Assembly: GCA_964577565.1 (NCBI GenBank) | Contig: CAZNZL010000001.1 | Span: 14,566-78,565, forward strand | DNA from: an uncultured Candidatus Saccharibacteria bacterium | Lineage (GTDB): Bacteria > Patescibacteriota > Saccharimonadia > Saccharimonadales > JAGQNJ01 | Direction: 5' to 3' | Length of the DNA stretch: 64,000 nt | In this document: in pieces, positions 18,792-27,855 of the stretch | Layout: each line of letters begins with the position of its first letter | Position numbering within the stretch: position 1 is the first letter of the stretch | Translations under genes and position numbers: made by a program | Notes under the pieces: model-generated | Databases searched by the model: none | Seen by the model: only the letters and a program-made list of their open reading frames with translations | Told to the model about the DNA's origin: nothing

Positions 18792-19469
18792 ATGAATAAA
18801 CTGCATAAGCTCACTGCCAGCCAAGCTGGTACGGTTAATGCGCTTTTAATTCCACTAGTGGTTAGTATTATTTTGCTGATAGCCACCGCTAGCTTTGCGG
18901 TGTGGGCTTATATGGAACGAACGGATTATAAAAATAACGTTGAGGCCAAGGTCAAAACTGCGGTTGGCGTTGCGGTTAAAGAGACTGAGACTAGGAAAGA
19001 CAATGAGTTTCAAGAGAAAGAAAAGCAACCCTTAACCAACTATCAAGGCCCATCAGCATTTGGAAGTATTCTGGTTAAGTATCCAAAAAGCTGGAGTGCC
19101 TATGTAGACGAAAGCGGTAGAGGTAGCGCCCCGGTTGACGGGTATTTTCATCCTACGACGGTCCCCGGTACTCAATCCGGTGCTACGTATGCATTGCGGA
19201 TACAGGTAGTTGAGCGTTCATTTTCTGACGAGGTTAAAAGCTTTGACAGTGCGGTTAAACAAGGTAAGGTGCGCTCACAAGCATACGCTCCAGCTAACGT
19301 AAAAAATGTTGTAGGTGTGCGTATTGAAGGCGAAATTGCTCCAAAACAACAAGGCATTATAGTATTATTGCCGCTCAGAGACAAAACAGTTAAACTTTAC
19401 ACCCAATCTAACCAGTTCTTTAACGATTTTAATGCACATATCTTGCCAAACTTTACGTTTACGCCATAA
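18792..19469 (+). CDS. hypothetical membrane-anchored extracytoplasmic protein
   Basis: One N-terminal TM helix (ALLIPLVVSIILLIATASFAVWAY) followed by a beta-rich soluble domain. No family recognised. Confidence 0.5.
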   Translation: MNKLHKLTASQAGTVNALLIPLVVSIILLIATASFAVWAYMERTDYKNNVEAKVKTAVGVAVKETETRKDNEFQEKEKQPLTNYQGPSAFGSILVKYPKSWSAYVDESGRGSAPVDGYFHPTTVPGTQSGATYALRIQVVERSFSDEVKSFDSAVKQGKVRSQAYAPANVKNVVGVRIEGEIAPKQQGIIVLLPLRDKTVKLYTQSNQFFNDFNAHILPNFTFTP

Positions 19470-19511
19470 GCACCCGTGGTATCATTAGAATAATTAATAA
19501 GAGGGTTACGA

Positions 19512-20228
19512 GTGCAGAGCAGTGGCGATGACCATTTATGGGAGCAAACCGGTATTTTGCGTAATATTGCAGAAGATATTAAATTGCCCCTAATGCGTAT
19601 TATGACGCACATCCAACTTGCTACTATCCAGTCAAAATCTGCTGATACAGACTACATTGAAACAACCGCAGCCGGGGTATTAAAGCTGCTCGATAGCTAT
19701 ATTTTAAGTACGCAGGTGTACGCGGGCCAACAGCAACTGCAATTACAACCGCTTTCAGTGGCGGCAGTTATGCATGACACCGCCCAGTACCTATCTAAAA
19801 TAGCGGCTTTACATGACTGCAAACTGAGGGTAGATACACCGGCAAAATTGAGTTTAGCTATGGCTAACCCAGTGGCATTACAGGGCGCCTTGATCGGCCT
19901 TGGCTATAGTTTTCTTAATGCCATACAAAAAGAATCTAAGTACCCAGGTACAATTATTTTTTCTGCCAAACGTACACCAGAAGGGGTTGAAGCGGGCATA
20001 TTTAGCGATAATGTCGAGTTGTCTGTGCAAGAATTGCGGTGGGCACGCAAATTAACGGGCGTAGCAAGGCAACCATTTATGAAGCTAAAGCCAGGTAGCA
20101 GTGCAGGGATTGTGATTGCCGACCAGCTTTTTCGGGCCATGGAGAGTGAAATGCAAGCAGTGCGTCGGCGCAACCGCACAGGGATCGTGGCCAATTTATT
20201 ACCAAGCCGCCAGCTTGCGTTACTATAG
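19512..20228 (+). CDS. degenerate histidine-kinase-like protein (no phospho-acceptor His, weak ATP-lid motifs)
   Basis: It has the layout of a DHp plus catalytic domain. The H-box position reads AEDIKLPL instead of SHELRTPL. An N-box-like segment LGYSFLNAI is present. The G1 and G2 boxes are degenerate. GTG start. Confidence 0.45.
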   Translation: MQSSGDDHLWEQTGILRNIAEDIKLPLMRIMTHIQLATIQSKSADTDYIETTAAGVLKLLDSYILSTQVYAGQQQLQLQPLSVAAVMHDTAQYLSKIAALHDCKLRVDTPAKLSLAMANPVALQGALIGLGYSFLNAIQKESKYPGTIIFSAKRTPEGVEAGIFSDNVELSVQELRWARKLTGVARQPFMKLKPGSSAGIVIADQLFRAMESEMQAVRRRNRTGIVANLLPSRQLALL

Positions 20229-20232
20229 AGTC

Positions 20233-20625
20233 ATGTCAACACGTGCAGGTAGAATAGATGTCTTGGTTGTGGAGCCAGACGATCAGTTAGGCGAGACATA
20301 CCAGCGCGTACTAAATGACGCCGGCGTAAAAGTTAAGCGAGTTCAAAACGCAGAAGAAGCGCTCGTAAAACTTGAGGCGAGCAACCCTAGGCTGATGACG
20401 CTTGAGGTTCAGTTGCCAGGACATAATGGCATTGAACTGCTGCACGAAATGCGATCATACTCTGATTGGCGTTCGATACCGGTATTATTTATGACAATTG
20501 TCCCCGAGGCTGAACTGGGGTTGAGCCAGCATGAAGAAGGAGTAATCGGCCATTGCTATAAACCACAAACGTCTTTACAGCAATTAACCGACACGGTTTT
20601 GTCTGCATTGGAGCAGCTGTCATGA
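20233..20625 (+). CDS. receiver-like domain with Glu in place of the phospho-acceptor Asp (pseudo-receiver)
   Basis: The acidic pocket (VVEPDD), the conserved Thr (FMT) and the conserved Lys (YKP) are present. The beta-3 position reads RLMTLEVQLPG where receivers have DLVLLDxxMPG. I prefer the ATG at 20233 (MSTRAGRIDVLVV). Confidence 0.6.
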   Translation: MSTRAGRIDVLVVEPDDQLGETYQRVLNDAGVKVKRVQNAEEALVKLEASNPRLMTLEVQLPGHNGIELLHEMRSYSDWRSIPVLFMTIVPEAELGLSQHEEGVIGHCYKPQTSLQQLTDTVLSALEQLS

Positions 20626-21311
20626 ACCAGGTGGTAACTCATGGCATTATCCTTAGTCGGCTCAATTATGGCGAGGCCGACAAAATTATCACGGTCATAA
20701 CGCCGGACCACGGCAAAATTCGTCTAATGGCGAGGGGTGTACGTAAGGTTAAAAGCAAGCTGGCAGGTGGGATAGAGCTCTTTAGCATTAGCACGCTGGT
20801 GTATATTCCCGGCAAAAAAGATATTAGCACGCTCGTTTCAACGCGTTTAATTACGCATTTTAATCACATTGTTGAAGACCTAGACCGAACCATGATAGGT
20901 TACGACATTTTAAAAATTACAAACAAAGCAACCGAAGATGAATGCGACAGCGATTACTACGAGTTATTATTACAAGCACTTACTAATTTAAATGACAAAG
21001 AGGTTGATGCTATATTAACCAAATGTTGGTTTATGGCGCGGCTGCTTAAAGTTATGGGACATTCGCCCAATATAGCAAAGGACACAAACGGCCAGGAGTT
21101 TTCAGCAACTACGGCTTACAACTTTGATTACCAAGCCATGGGGTTTTATGCCCACGCCCGTGGCAGCCTTAAAGCTAACCATATCAAGATGCTTCGATTA
21201 TTACTGTCAACCGAACCACATAAATTGCAGCTCATTAGTGGGGTAGAAAAAGTGCTGCCTGGCTTGGAGCAACTGTTGCGCCAGAGTTTAGGAATGTATA
21301 TAAAAATATAA
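20622..21311 (+). CDS. recO: DNA repair protein RecO
   Basis: The N-terminal OB-fold pattern is present (THGIILSRLNYGEADKIITVITPDHGKIRLMARGVRK). The start overlaps the previous stop (ATGA). Confidence 0.85.
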   Translation: MNQVVTHGIILSRLNYGEADKIITVITPDHGKIRLMARGVRKVKSKLAGGIELFSISTLVYIPGKKDISTLVSTRLITHFNHIVEDLDRTMIGYDILKITNKATEDECDSDYYELLLQALTNLNDKEVDAILTKCWFMARLLKVMGHSPNIAKDTNGQEFSATTAYNFDYQAMGFYAHARGSLKANHIKMLRLLLSTEPHKLQLISGVEKVLPGLEQLLRQSLGMYIKI

Positions 21312-21449
21312 TGCTATCAATACTAAAACATAGAATATACAGATGAGGTGGGGTATAATACGGCCAAGATGAGTCCCGTAGAGTCAACGCAATAAAGCAG
21401 AGTTGTGGTCAAAATCAAAAATAACGGGACAAAGGAGATTCTAAACGGG

Positions 21450-22754
21450 ATGAGTGACAAAAAAGTGAGTATGGAAGACATCGTCAGTCTGTGTAAGCGG
21501 CGCGGCTTTATTTATCAAGGCTCAGAGGTCTATGGTGGTTTGAGCGGTACGTGGGATTACGGCCCGCTCGGCGTTGCTTTAAAGCGCAATATTATGAACC
21601 TATGGTGGAAGATGTTTGTCGAAGATCGCGATGACATGTACGGCGTTGATGCCGCGATTTTAATGAACCAAAAAGTCTGGCAGGCCAGCGGTCATGTTGA
21701 TACGTTTACCGATCCGCTGGTTGAGTGTAGTAATTGCAAGGGTCGCTTCAGAGCAGACAAAATAGACACCAGTAAATGCCCAACATGTGGAGCAAAGAAC
21801 TCGTTTGGAAAGGTGCGCCAATTCAATATGATGTTTAAAACCAGTGTTGGCCCGGTTGAAGACGAGAGTTCTATTAGTTATTTGCGGCCTGAAACTGCCC
21901 AAGGCATTTTTACCAATTATAAAAACATTGTTGATAGTTTTAGCCCCGATATGCCGTTTGGTATTGCCCAAGCTGGTAAGGCGTTTCGTAATGAAATTAG
22001 CCCCCGTGATTTTGTGTTTCGTTCGCGTGAGTTTGAGCAAATGGAGATTGAATATTTTGTTCAGCCCGGTAACTGGCAGCCAGTCTTTGAACAGTGGATT
22101 AAAGATATCCATTCATTCCTTGAGGCGCTTGGTTTACCAAAAGACAGCGTACACGAGCTTGATGTGCCTGCAGAGGATCTTGCACACTACAGTAAACGAA
22201 CCATAGATTTTGAGTTTGATTACCCGCATGGTCGTGATGAGCTGCTTGGTTTGGCGTATCGAACAGATTTTGATTTGCAGAATGTGCAACGAGTGTCTGG
22301 CAAAAACATGGAATATCGTCCAAAAGATGGTAGTAAGCCGTTTGTGCCACATGTTATTGAACCCTCATTTGGTGTTGAGCGTGCCGTAATGGCGGTGCTT
22401 GTCAGTGCCTATGCAGAAGACGAACAAAATGGTGAAAAACGTACCTATCTTAAACTTCCTTACCATTTAGCTCCGGTAAAGTATGCAGTGTCACCCTTAC
22501 TTAAAAACAAACCAGAGCTAGTAGAGAAGGCGCGTGACGTTTATAAATTGCTAAAAGAAAATTATGGCAACGTCATGTGGGATGACAACGGTAACATCGG
22601 TAAACGTTACCGCCGCCAGGATGAAATTGGTACACCATACTGTGTAACCATAGATTTCCAAACGCTTGAAGACAACACCGTAACCGTCCGCGACCGCGAC
22701 ACAACCGGACAAAAACGCGTTAATATACCGGAAATACAACAAAAGGCTAAGTAA
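21450..22754 (+). CDS. glyQS: glycine--tRNA ligase (dimeric GlyQS type)
   Basis: SLCKRRGFIYQGSEVYGGLSGTWDYGPLG and class II motifs are present. I prefer the ATG at 21450 because AAGGAG lies 10-12 nt upstream. Confidence 0.95.
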   Translation: MSDKKVSMEDIVSLCKRRGFIYQGSEVYGGLSGTWDYGPLGVALKRNIMNLWWKMFVEDRDDMYGVDAAILMNQKVWQASGHVDTFTDPLVECSNCKGRFRADKIDTSKCPTCGAKNSFGKVRQFNMMFKTSVGPVEDESSISYLRPETAQGIFTNYKNIVDSFSPDMPFGIAQAGKAFRNEISPRDFVFRSREFEQMEIEYFVQPGNWQPVFEQWIKDIHSFLEALGLPKDSVHELDVPAEDLAHYSKRTIDFEFDYPHGRDELLGLAYRTDFDLQNVQRVSGKNMEYRPKDGSKPFVPHVIEPSFGVERAVMAVLVSAYAEDEQNGEKRTYLKLPYHLAPVKYAVSPLLKNKPELVEKARDVYKLLKENYGNVMWDDNGNIGKRYRRQDEIGTPYCVTIDFQTLEDNTVTVRDRDTTGQKRVNIPEIQQKAK

Positions 22755-22760
22755 TGTGAA

Positions 22761-23042
22761 ATGAAAACACAAATTATTACAATTATTGGTGCACTTACCA
22801 CAGTTGTGGCTATTGTTGTCAAGGTAGTTGGTTTACCAGACCAGATTCGTAAGAATCATAAGCGTAAATCTACATCTGGCCTTTCGCACTGGTTTTTTGG
22901 TCTTGGTTTTTTATCGTATACACTTTGGACTCTTTACGGTATTTTAAAAAGTGATTGGGTTTTAATTTTAGGCCAAGGCGCCGGTATGATAACAATGGGT
23001 ATAATTGCATACCAAATATATATCTACCGCGGAAACGAATAG
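22761..23042 (+). CDS. PQ-loop / SemiSWEET-like small membrane transporter
   Basis: 93 aa with three predicted TM helices. After TM1 the sequence reads GLPDQIRKNHKRKSTSGLS, which resembles the SemiSWEET PQ-loop signature (LPQxxKxxKxKSxxGxS). Confidence 0.55.
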   Translation: MKTQIITIIGALTTVVAIVVKVVGLPDQIRKNHKRKSTSGLSHWFFGLGFLSYTLWTLYGILKSDWVLILGQGAGMITMGIIAYQIYIYRGNE

Positions 23043-23760
23043 TACAGTGCTAAACGCGGTAGAACTACAAAATGAACTGGCGAAGCATGCGAGTGATGCA
23101 GATGCAATATTTTTGCAGCGGTTTTTCAAGACAGGCAAGGGCCAGTATGGCGAAGGTGATCAGTTTATTGGTGTACGCGTGCCGATGACGCGCAAAGTCT
23201 GCAAGCAATTTAAAGATTTACCACTGCCAGAAGTGCAAAAATTGTTAGACTCACCAATTCATGAGCACCGCCTAGCTGGCGTAATTTTGCTTGCCACTAC
23301 ATACTCTAAAGCTAGTAAAGAGACACAAGAGCAAATATATGACATGTATCTACGCAATGTTTATAAAAGGCGTATCAATAACTGGGATTTAGTTGACGTG
23401 ACAGCAGAACACGTTGTTGGCGCTCACGAGTATAAAACAGATCGTAAAATTTTATTTGAGCTGGCACGCTCACCTGATATATGGCAAAAGCGGGTCGCAA
23501 TTATGAGTGCGTTTTACTTTATTAAACGTGGCGATGCATCAACTACTTTGCAGCTGGCAGAAATACTTCTAAACGATACACATGATTTGATTCAAAAAGC
23601 CGTTGGCTGGCAGTTGCGAGAAGTCGGTAAGCGCGTTGACCGTCAGTCGCTACTAAACTTTTTAAACAAGCACGCGGCGACCATGCCACGAACCACGCTC
23701 CGCTATGCCATCGAACACCTCAACAAAAGCACAAGACAGTATTATATGTCACTGAAGTAA
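23005..23760 (+). CDS. DNA alkylation repair protein (AlkD-like HEAT-repeat family)
   Basis: LQRFFKTGKGQYGEGDQFIGVRVPMTRK and NNWDLVD are characteristic of this family. The start is uncertain: ATG 23005 overlaps the previous gene by 38 nt, and the in-frame GTG at 23047 is an alternative. Confidence 0.75.
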   Translation: MHTKYISTAETNSTVLNAVELQNELAKHASDADAIFLQRFFKTGKGQYGEGDQFIGVRVPMTRKVCKQFKDLPLPEVQKLLDSPIHEHRLAGVILLATTYSKASKETQEQIYDMYLRNVYKRRINNWDLVDVTAEHVVGAHEYKTDRKILFELARSPDIWQKRVAIMSAFYFIKRGDASTTLQLAEILLNDTHDLIQKAVGWQLREVGKRVDRQSLLNFLNKHAATMPRTTLRYAIEHLNKSTRQYYMSLK

Positions 23761-23787
23761 ATTGTTGCCTAGCTATAATTAAAGACC

Positions 23788-24354
23788 ATGAGTAATGGCG
23801 TGCGAATAGAAGAGGTGTTTAGCTATATTAATCGGGTGGATTTTTTGCCGCCGGAGGTGGTCCATGAAGCGCACCTTGATATTCCGCTGCCGATAGGTTA
23901 TGGGCAAACAAACAGCCAACCTTCAACGGTTAAGCAAATGCTTGAGTGGCTTGATGTACAACCCGGCCAGACGGTACTTGATGTTGGTGCAGGGTCGGGC
24001 TGGACGAGCGCTCTATTGTCGCAGCTTGTTGGTAAAAAAGGCAAGGTTATCGCAGTAGAGAAAGTGCCCGAGCTGGTTATGTTTGGCAAAGAAAATTGCC
24101 AAAAATTAAAACTACACAACGTAGAGTTCAAGCAAGCTGATAATCAACTTGGCTGGCCGCACAAAGCGCCATATGATCGTATTCTTGTAAGTGCTGCCGC
24201 TCATGAACTGCCACAAGAATTGATAGAACAGCTAGCTGAGGGCGGCACTATGGTTATGCCGGTACAGAGCAGCATCTTGAAGATTCATAAATCACGACAA
24301 GGCAAGATAGTAATCGATGAACATCCTGGCTTTGCCTTTGTGCCGTTGCTGTAG
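23788..24354 (+). CDS. pcm: protein-L-isoaspartate O-methyltransferase
   Basis: SQPSTVKQMLEWLDVQPGQTVLDVGAGSGWTSALLSQLVG matches the PCMT motif I region. TATAAT lies at 23774-23779, 8 nt upstream of the ATG. Confidence 0.85.
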   Translation: MSNGVRIEEVFSYINRVDFLPPEVVHEAHLDIPLPIGYGQTNSQPSTVKQMLEWLDVQPGQTVLDVGAGSGWTSALLSQLVGKKGKVIAVEKVPELVMFGKENCQKLKLHNVEFKQADNQLGWPHKAPYDRILVSAAAHELPQELIEQLAEGGTMVMPVQSSILKIHKSRQGKIVIDEHPGFAFVPLL

Positions 24355-24386
24355 CTATTATTGCGATATTATTGTAAAATTAGCAT

Positions 24387-24959
24387 ATGACAGAAGCAAT
24401 TCTTATTCACGGTAAGCCAAGCAGGGAGAAATTTGAAAGCCCTGGTACTCCTAAGCCCAGCGAATCAAACTGGTTACCGTGGGCAAAACGAGAGCTTGAA
24501 GTCCGGGGGATTCGAGTAGCTACACCCGATATGCCGGTGCCGTATCAACCGATTTACGCAGCGTGGGCGTCTGTGTTAGGGCGCTATAATCCCGGAGTAG
24601 GAACAGGCTTAGTAGGTTTAAGTGCGGGTGCGGGTTTTATTACAGAGTGGATGAGTCGTAAGCCAGATATGGTCGTAGACACCGTTGCCTTGGTAGCACC
24701 ATGGATTGACCCAAATAATAGATATCCGGGCTTCTTTGATGACGTAGAGATTGACGAAACGATTCCAGAGCGGTGTCTAGGGGGCATGGTAATTTTTTAT
24801 AGCTCACGTGACGACGCCGAGGCATTGCAAAGCTTTGAGATCTTACATGAGAAACTACCAGGTGCAAAAGTTATTGATATCCCGGAATATGGCCATTACA
24901 TGCTTGGCAACACCATGCAGACAGAGCGTTTTCCAGAGCTTATCGACGAAATCATTTAA
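24387..24959 (+). CDS. alpha/beta serine hydrolase, YdeN/RBBP9-like
   Basis: ILIHG...NWLPWAKRELEVRGIRVATPDMP and a nucleophile elbow GLSAGAG are present. The size is about 190 aa. TGtAAAAT lies 6 nt upstream of the ATG. Confidence 0.6.
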   Translation: MTEAILIHGKPSREKFESPGTPKPSESNWLPWAKRELEVRGIRVATPDMPVPYQPIYAAWASVLGRYNPGVGTGLVGLSAGAGFITEWMSRKPDMVVDTVALVAPWIDPNNRYPGFFDDVEIDETIPERCLGGMVIFYSSRDDAEALQSFEILHEKLPGAKVIDIPEYGHYMLGNTMQTERFPELIDEII

Positions 24960-24963
24960 AAAA

Positions 24964-25869
24964 ATGCAACAAATCGGGGCTAGCTTATCAATCAAACAGT
25001 GCCGTAATTTTGGGCTTAACCCGGATAGTGTGTTGCGGGCAGCCATGAAAGACCTTGGCTTGCGGCGTTTTAGGCTTATGACCTATTGGGATGAACATGA
25101 AAAAGTGCAAGGTAAATACGATTTTGCGGCTATAGACCAACACATAAAAATAATTGAACAATACGGCGGCGAGATAACGATGTGTCTCGGCGTTAGGCAG
25201 CCGCGTTGGCCAGAAAGTCATTGGCCAAAGTGGGTAACAGGCCTCAATAAAACTGATCGCAATAAGGCATTGCTGAAGTATATCGAGATCGTTATCAAAA
25301 GGTATAAAAAACACAAAAGCATAGTTGAATGGCAGCTTGAAAACGAAGCGCTACTGAAAACGTTTGGCCATGCGGGTGACTTTAGTCGACCGCGACTAAG
25401 AAAAGAGTATGCATTGGTTAAAAAGCTTGATCCAGGTCGGCCGGTTGTAATGACTACCAGTACATCGTGGGGCATTCCCGTGTTTGGGCAGATTCCTGAC
25501 CGGGTGGGTTTTTCGCTTTACCGCGTTGTATTTAATAAAGGCGCGTATACATATTCGCTGTATAAACCATGGGTATTTAAATGGCGCGCAAGACTTATAA
25601 AATTGCTGTGGCGCAAGCCTAGCTTTATTCATGAATTGCAAGCGGAGCCATGGGGGCATAAAGAAATTTGGCAGATGACAAAATCAGAACAGAACATTTC
25701 AATGAGTCTCGATAAACTGAACGCTAATATACAGGCTGCGCTTAAAACTAATCTAAACCCGATTGATTTATGGGGGTTAGAGTGGTGGTTTTGGCGCAAA
25801 CAACAAGGTGACGCTCGGTTTTGGAAGGCCGTACACCAATTGATTAACCAGTCGAGCCGTTCTGAATAA
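24964..25869 (+). CDS. putative clan GH-A (TIM-barrel) glycoside hydrolase
   Basis: The sequence (YWDEHEKVQGKYDFAAIDQHIKIIEQYGGEITMCLG, then WQLENEA) contains the Asn-Glu acid/base pair typical of clan A hydrolases. I prefer the start at ATG 24964 because the longer ORF overlaps the previous gene. The family assignment is tentative. Confidence 0.5.
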   Translation: MQQIGASLSIKQCRNFGLNPDSVLRAAMKDLGLRRFRLMTYWDEHEKVQGKYDFAAIDQHIKIIEQYGGEITMCLGVRQPRWPESHWPKWVTGLNKTDRNKALLKYIEIVIKRYKKHKSIVEWQLENEALLKTFGHAGDFSRPRLRKEYALVKKLDPGRPVVMTTSTSWGIPVFGQIPDRVGFSLYRVVFNKGAYTYSLYKPWVFKWRARLIKLLWRKPSFIHELQAEPWGHKEIWQMTKSEQNISMSLDKLNANIQAALKTNLNPIDLWGLEWWFWRKQQGDARFWKAVHQLINQSSRSE

Positions 25870-25914
25870 TAAATATTACATCGTAAGTAATAAACGAGTG
25901 ATACAATTACAATT

Positions 25915-26637
25915 ATGAATGAACCAAATTACGATTTTTCTGGTATAAAAGCACTATTTTTTAACTGTACGTTAAAAAAGTCACCCGAGAAGAGCAACAC
26001 TGAGGGGTTACTAAAAGTTAGTACCGCAATCATGCAGAAGCAGGGGGTGGACACAGAGGTTATTCGCCCAATTGATCACGATATAGCAACAGGAGTTTAC
26101 CCAGACATGACCGAGCATGGTTGGAGTAGTGACGAATGGCCAAGTATCTATAAAAAAATTCAGGCAGCAGATATTGTGGTATTATGCGGGCCCATCTGGC
26201 TTGGTGATAACAGTTCACAGACGAAAAAAATCATCGAGCGGCTGTACGGTAATTCGGGTGAATTAAATGACCAAGGCCAGTATGCTTATTATGGTAAAGT
26301 TGGCGGGGCAATTATTACCGGCAATGAAGATGGTGCAAAGCATTGCGCCATGAATATTCTCTATAGTCTTCAGCACATTGGTTTTACGATTCCGCCCCAA
26401 GCTGATGCGGCTTGGCTTGGCGATATTGGGCCAGGACCCAGCTACCTAGATGAAGGTTCTGGTGGGCCCGAGAATGACTTTACAAACCGCAACACTACCT
26501 TTATGACCTGGAACCTCATGCATCTGGCAAAACTACTGAAAGACAACAAGGGTATACCAGCTTACGGTAACCAGCGTAGTGAATGGGATAAGGGTAAGCG
26601 GCTTGGCTTTGAAAGCCCCAACCCTGAGTACCGTTAG
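25915..26637 (+). CDS. flavodoxin-like NAD(P)H-dependent FMN reductase family protein
   Basis: ALFFNCTLKKSPEKSNTEGLL and ADIVVLCGPIWLG match the FMN_red/flavodoxin-like fold pattern. TGaTACAAT lies 7 nt upstream of the ATG. Confidence 0.7.
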   Translation: MNEPNYDFSGIKALFFNCTLKKSPEKSNTEGLLKVSTAIMQKQGVDTEVIRPIDHDIATGVYPDMTEHGWSSDEWPSIYKKIQAADIVVLCGPIWLGDNSSQTKKIIERLYGNSGELNDQGQYAYYGKVGGAIITGNEDGAKHCAMNILYSLQHIGFTIPPQADAAWLGDIGPGPSYLDEGSGGPENDFTNRNTTFMTWNLMHLAKLLKDNKGIPAYGNQRSEWDKGKRLGFESPNPEYR

Positions 26638-26692
26638 TTACATCTAGACAAAATACTATGCTGAGCGCATACTACAACTATAAAGACTACGA

Positions 26693-27265
26693 ATGAGATT
26701 TAGAAAGAAGCCAAAACAGGCAGAGAAAAAAAACGAAGTTTACGCCTTTATTGATAGTCAAAACTTAAATTTAGGCGTACAGCGAGTCGGCTGGAAGATG
26801 GACTGGCGTAAGTTTCGCGAGTTTTTGCGCGACAAATACCACGTTACCAAAGCGTACATGTTTGTTGGTTATGTTGCAGAGTACGAAGATTTGTATAACC
26901 AGTTGCACGAAGCTGGTTATTTAGTTGTTCTTAAGCCGACCGTTGATATGAGCAGCAATCAAGAAGACAAAAATAAAGACAGTAAGCCTCAGGTTAAGGG
27001 TAATATTGATGCCGAGCTTGTTTTGTATGCCATGAAAGAACTGCCAAATTACAGCAAGGCAATTATCGTGTCTGGCGATGGTGATTTTTATTGTTTGGCA
27101 GAGTATCTGGCTGACAAAAATCGTTTGTTGCATATCATGACACCAAACTGGCGCTACTCAACACTGCTAAAGCCGTTTGAGCAGTACATTATTCGGCTCG
27201 ATCAGCGCCGCAAAGAACTTGAGCACAAAGACTATCGCAAACGGCCTGCCAATAAAAGAAAGTAA
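26693..27265 (+). CDS. NYN (LabA-like) domain protein, putative RNase
   Basis: VYAFIDSQNLNLG, GNIDAELVLYAM and IIVSGDGDFYCLAEYL match the NYN domain acidic motifs. Confidence 0.7.
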   Translation: MRFRKKPKQAEKKNEVYAFIDSQNLNLGVQRVGWKMDWRKFREFLRDKYHVTKAYMFVGYVAEYEDLYNQLHEAGYLVVLKPTVDMSSNQEDKNKDSKPQVKGNIDAELVLYAMKELPNYSKAIIVSGDGDFYCLAEYLADKNRLLHIMTPNWRYSTLLKPFEQYIIRLDQRRKELEHKDYRKRPANKRK

Positions 27266-27744
27266 TGCTCCAAGAACGATATGCAGCTGGCAGGGTTGGG
27301 GTACGGCGTGATTTTCTGCCACGCTCGATGTTTGATGATCTGGTAGCATTGGCGAAACGGCAAGAAGTGCGTAAGCGTGTTTGGCCGTTGGATATGACAA
27401 CTACAGCTCCGCAGATTCAACAAACATCAAACTACATTTTAGAGCGCTTACTGGTGCCAAGCAACATTGGCATCATCAAACGTTATCAGCCAGACGAAGT
27501 ATACATCAGTCGTGCTTACAATACTCACACCGACCCGCCAGAATATGGCTTTGGCAAATTACTAACACTTACCCTCAGCGGGGCGGCGGCAATGCAGGTT
27601 GTTGATGCAGCTCGTGAAGAATCGTTTGATGTTACGGCAAACACTCTTGTGGTTATGGATCCTGATGTTGAGCATTCTGTAACACCGCCACTCAACAATG
27701 AAGAGCGCCTGGTACTTTTTTTGGGCCGAGTGGCACGACGATAG
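27265..27744 (+). CDS. hypothetical protein, possible 2OG-Fe(II) oxygenase-like fold
   Basis: An HxD...H arrangement is present (NTHTDPP, then about 55 aa, then DVEHSV). The start overlaps the NYN gene stop (TAATG). The assignment is weak. Confidence 0.35.
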   Translation: MLQERYAAGRVGVRRDFLPRSMFDDLVALAKRQEVRKRVWPLDMTTTAPQIQQTSNYILERLLVPSNIGIIKRYQPDEVYISRAYNTHTDPPEYGFGKLLTLTLSGAAAMQVVDAAREESFDVTANTLVVMDPDVEHSVTPPLNNEERLVLFLGRVARR

Positions 27745-27855
27745 CCAACAGGTTATAGTTGGTTAATAAAATTTGATTCAACTTCGTAACTAATCAGCCA
27801 GATAAAAAAGAGCCCGATAAAAAGCAGGGTAAGTAAGATGATTGTGCGCTTTTTT

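Noticed and set aside
21312-21449. A possible T-box or other leader upstream of glyQS. The 5' UTR runs about 85 nt from a TATAAT at 21354.
   Set aside because: It is too short for a T-box. I see no specifier-loop/terminator architecture and no conserved T-box sequence (AAUUAGGGUGGNACCGCG-like).
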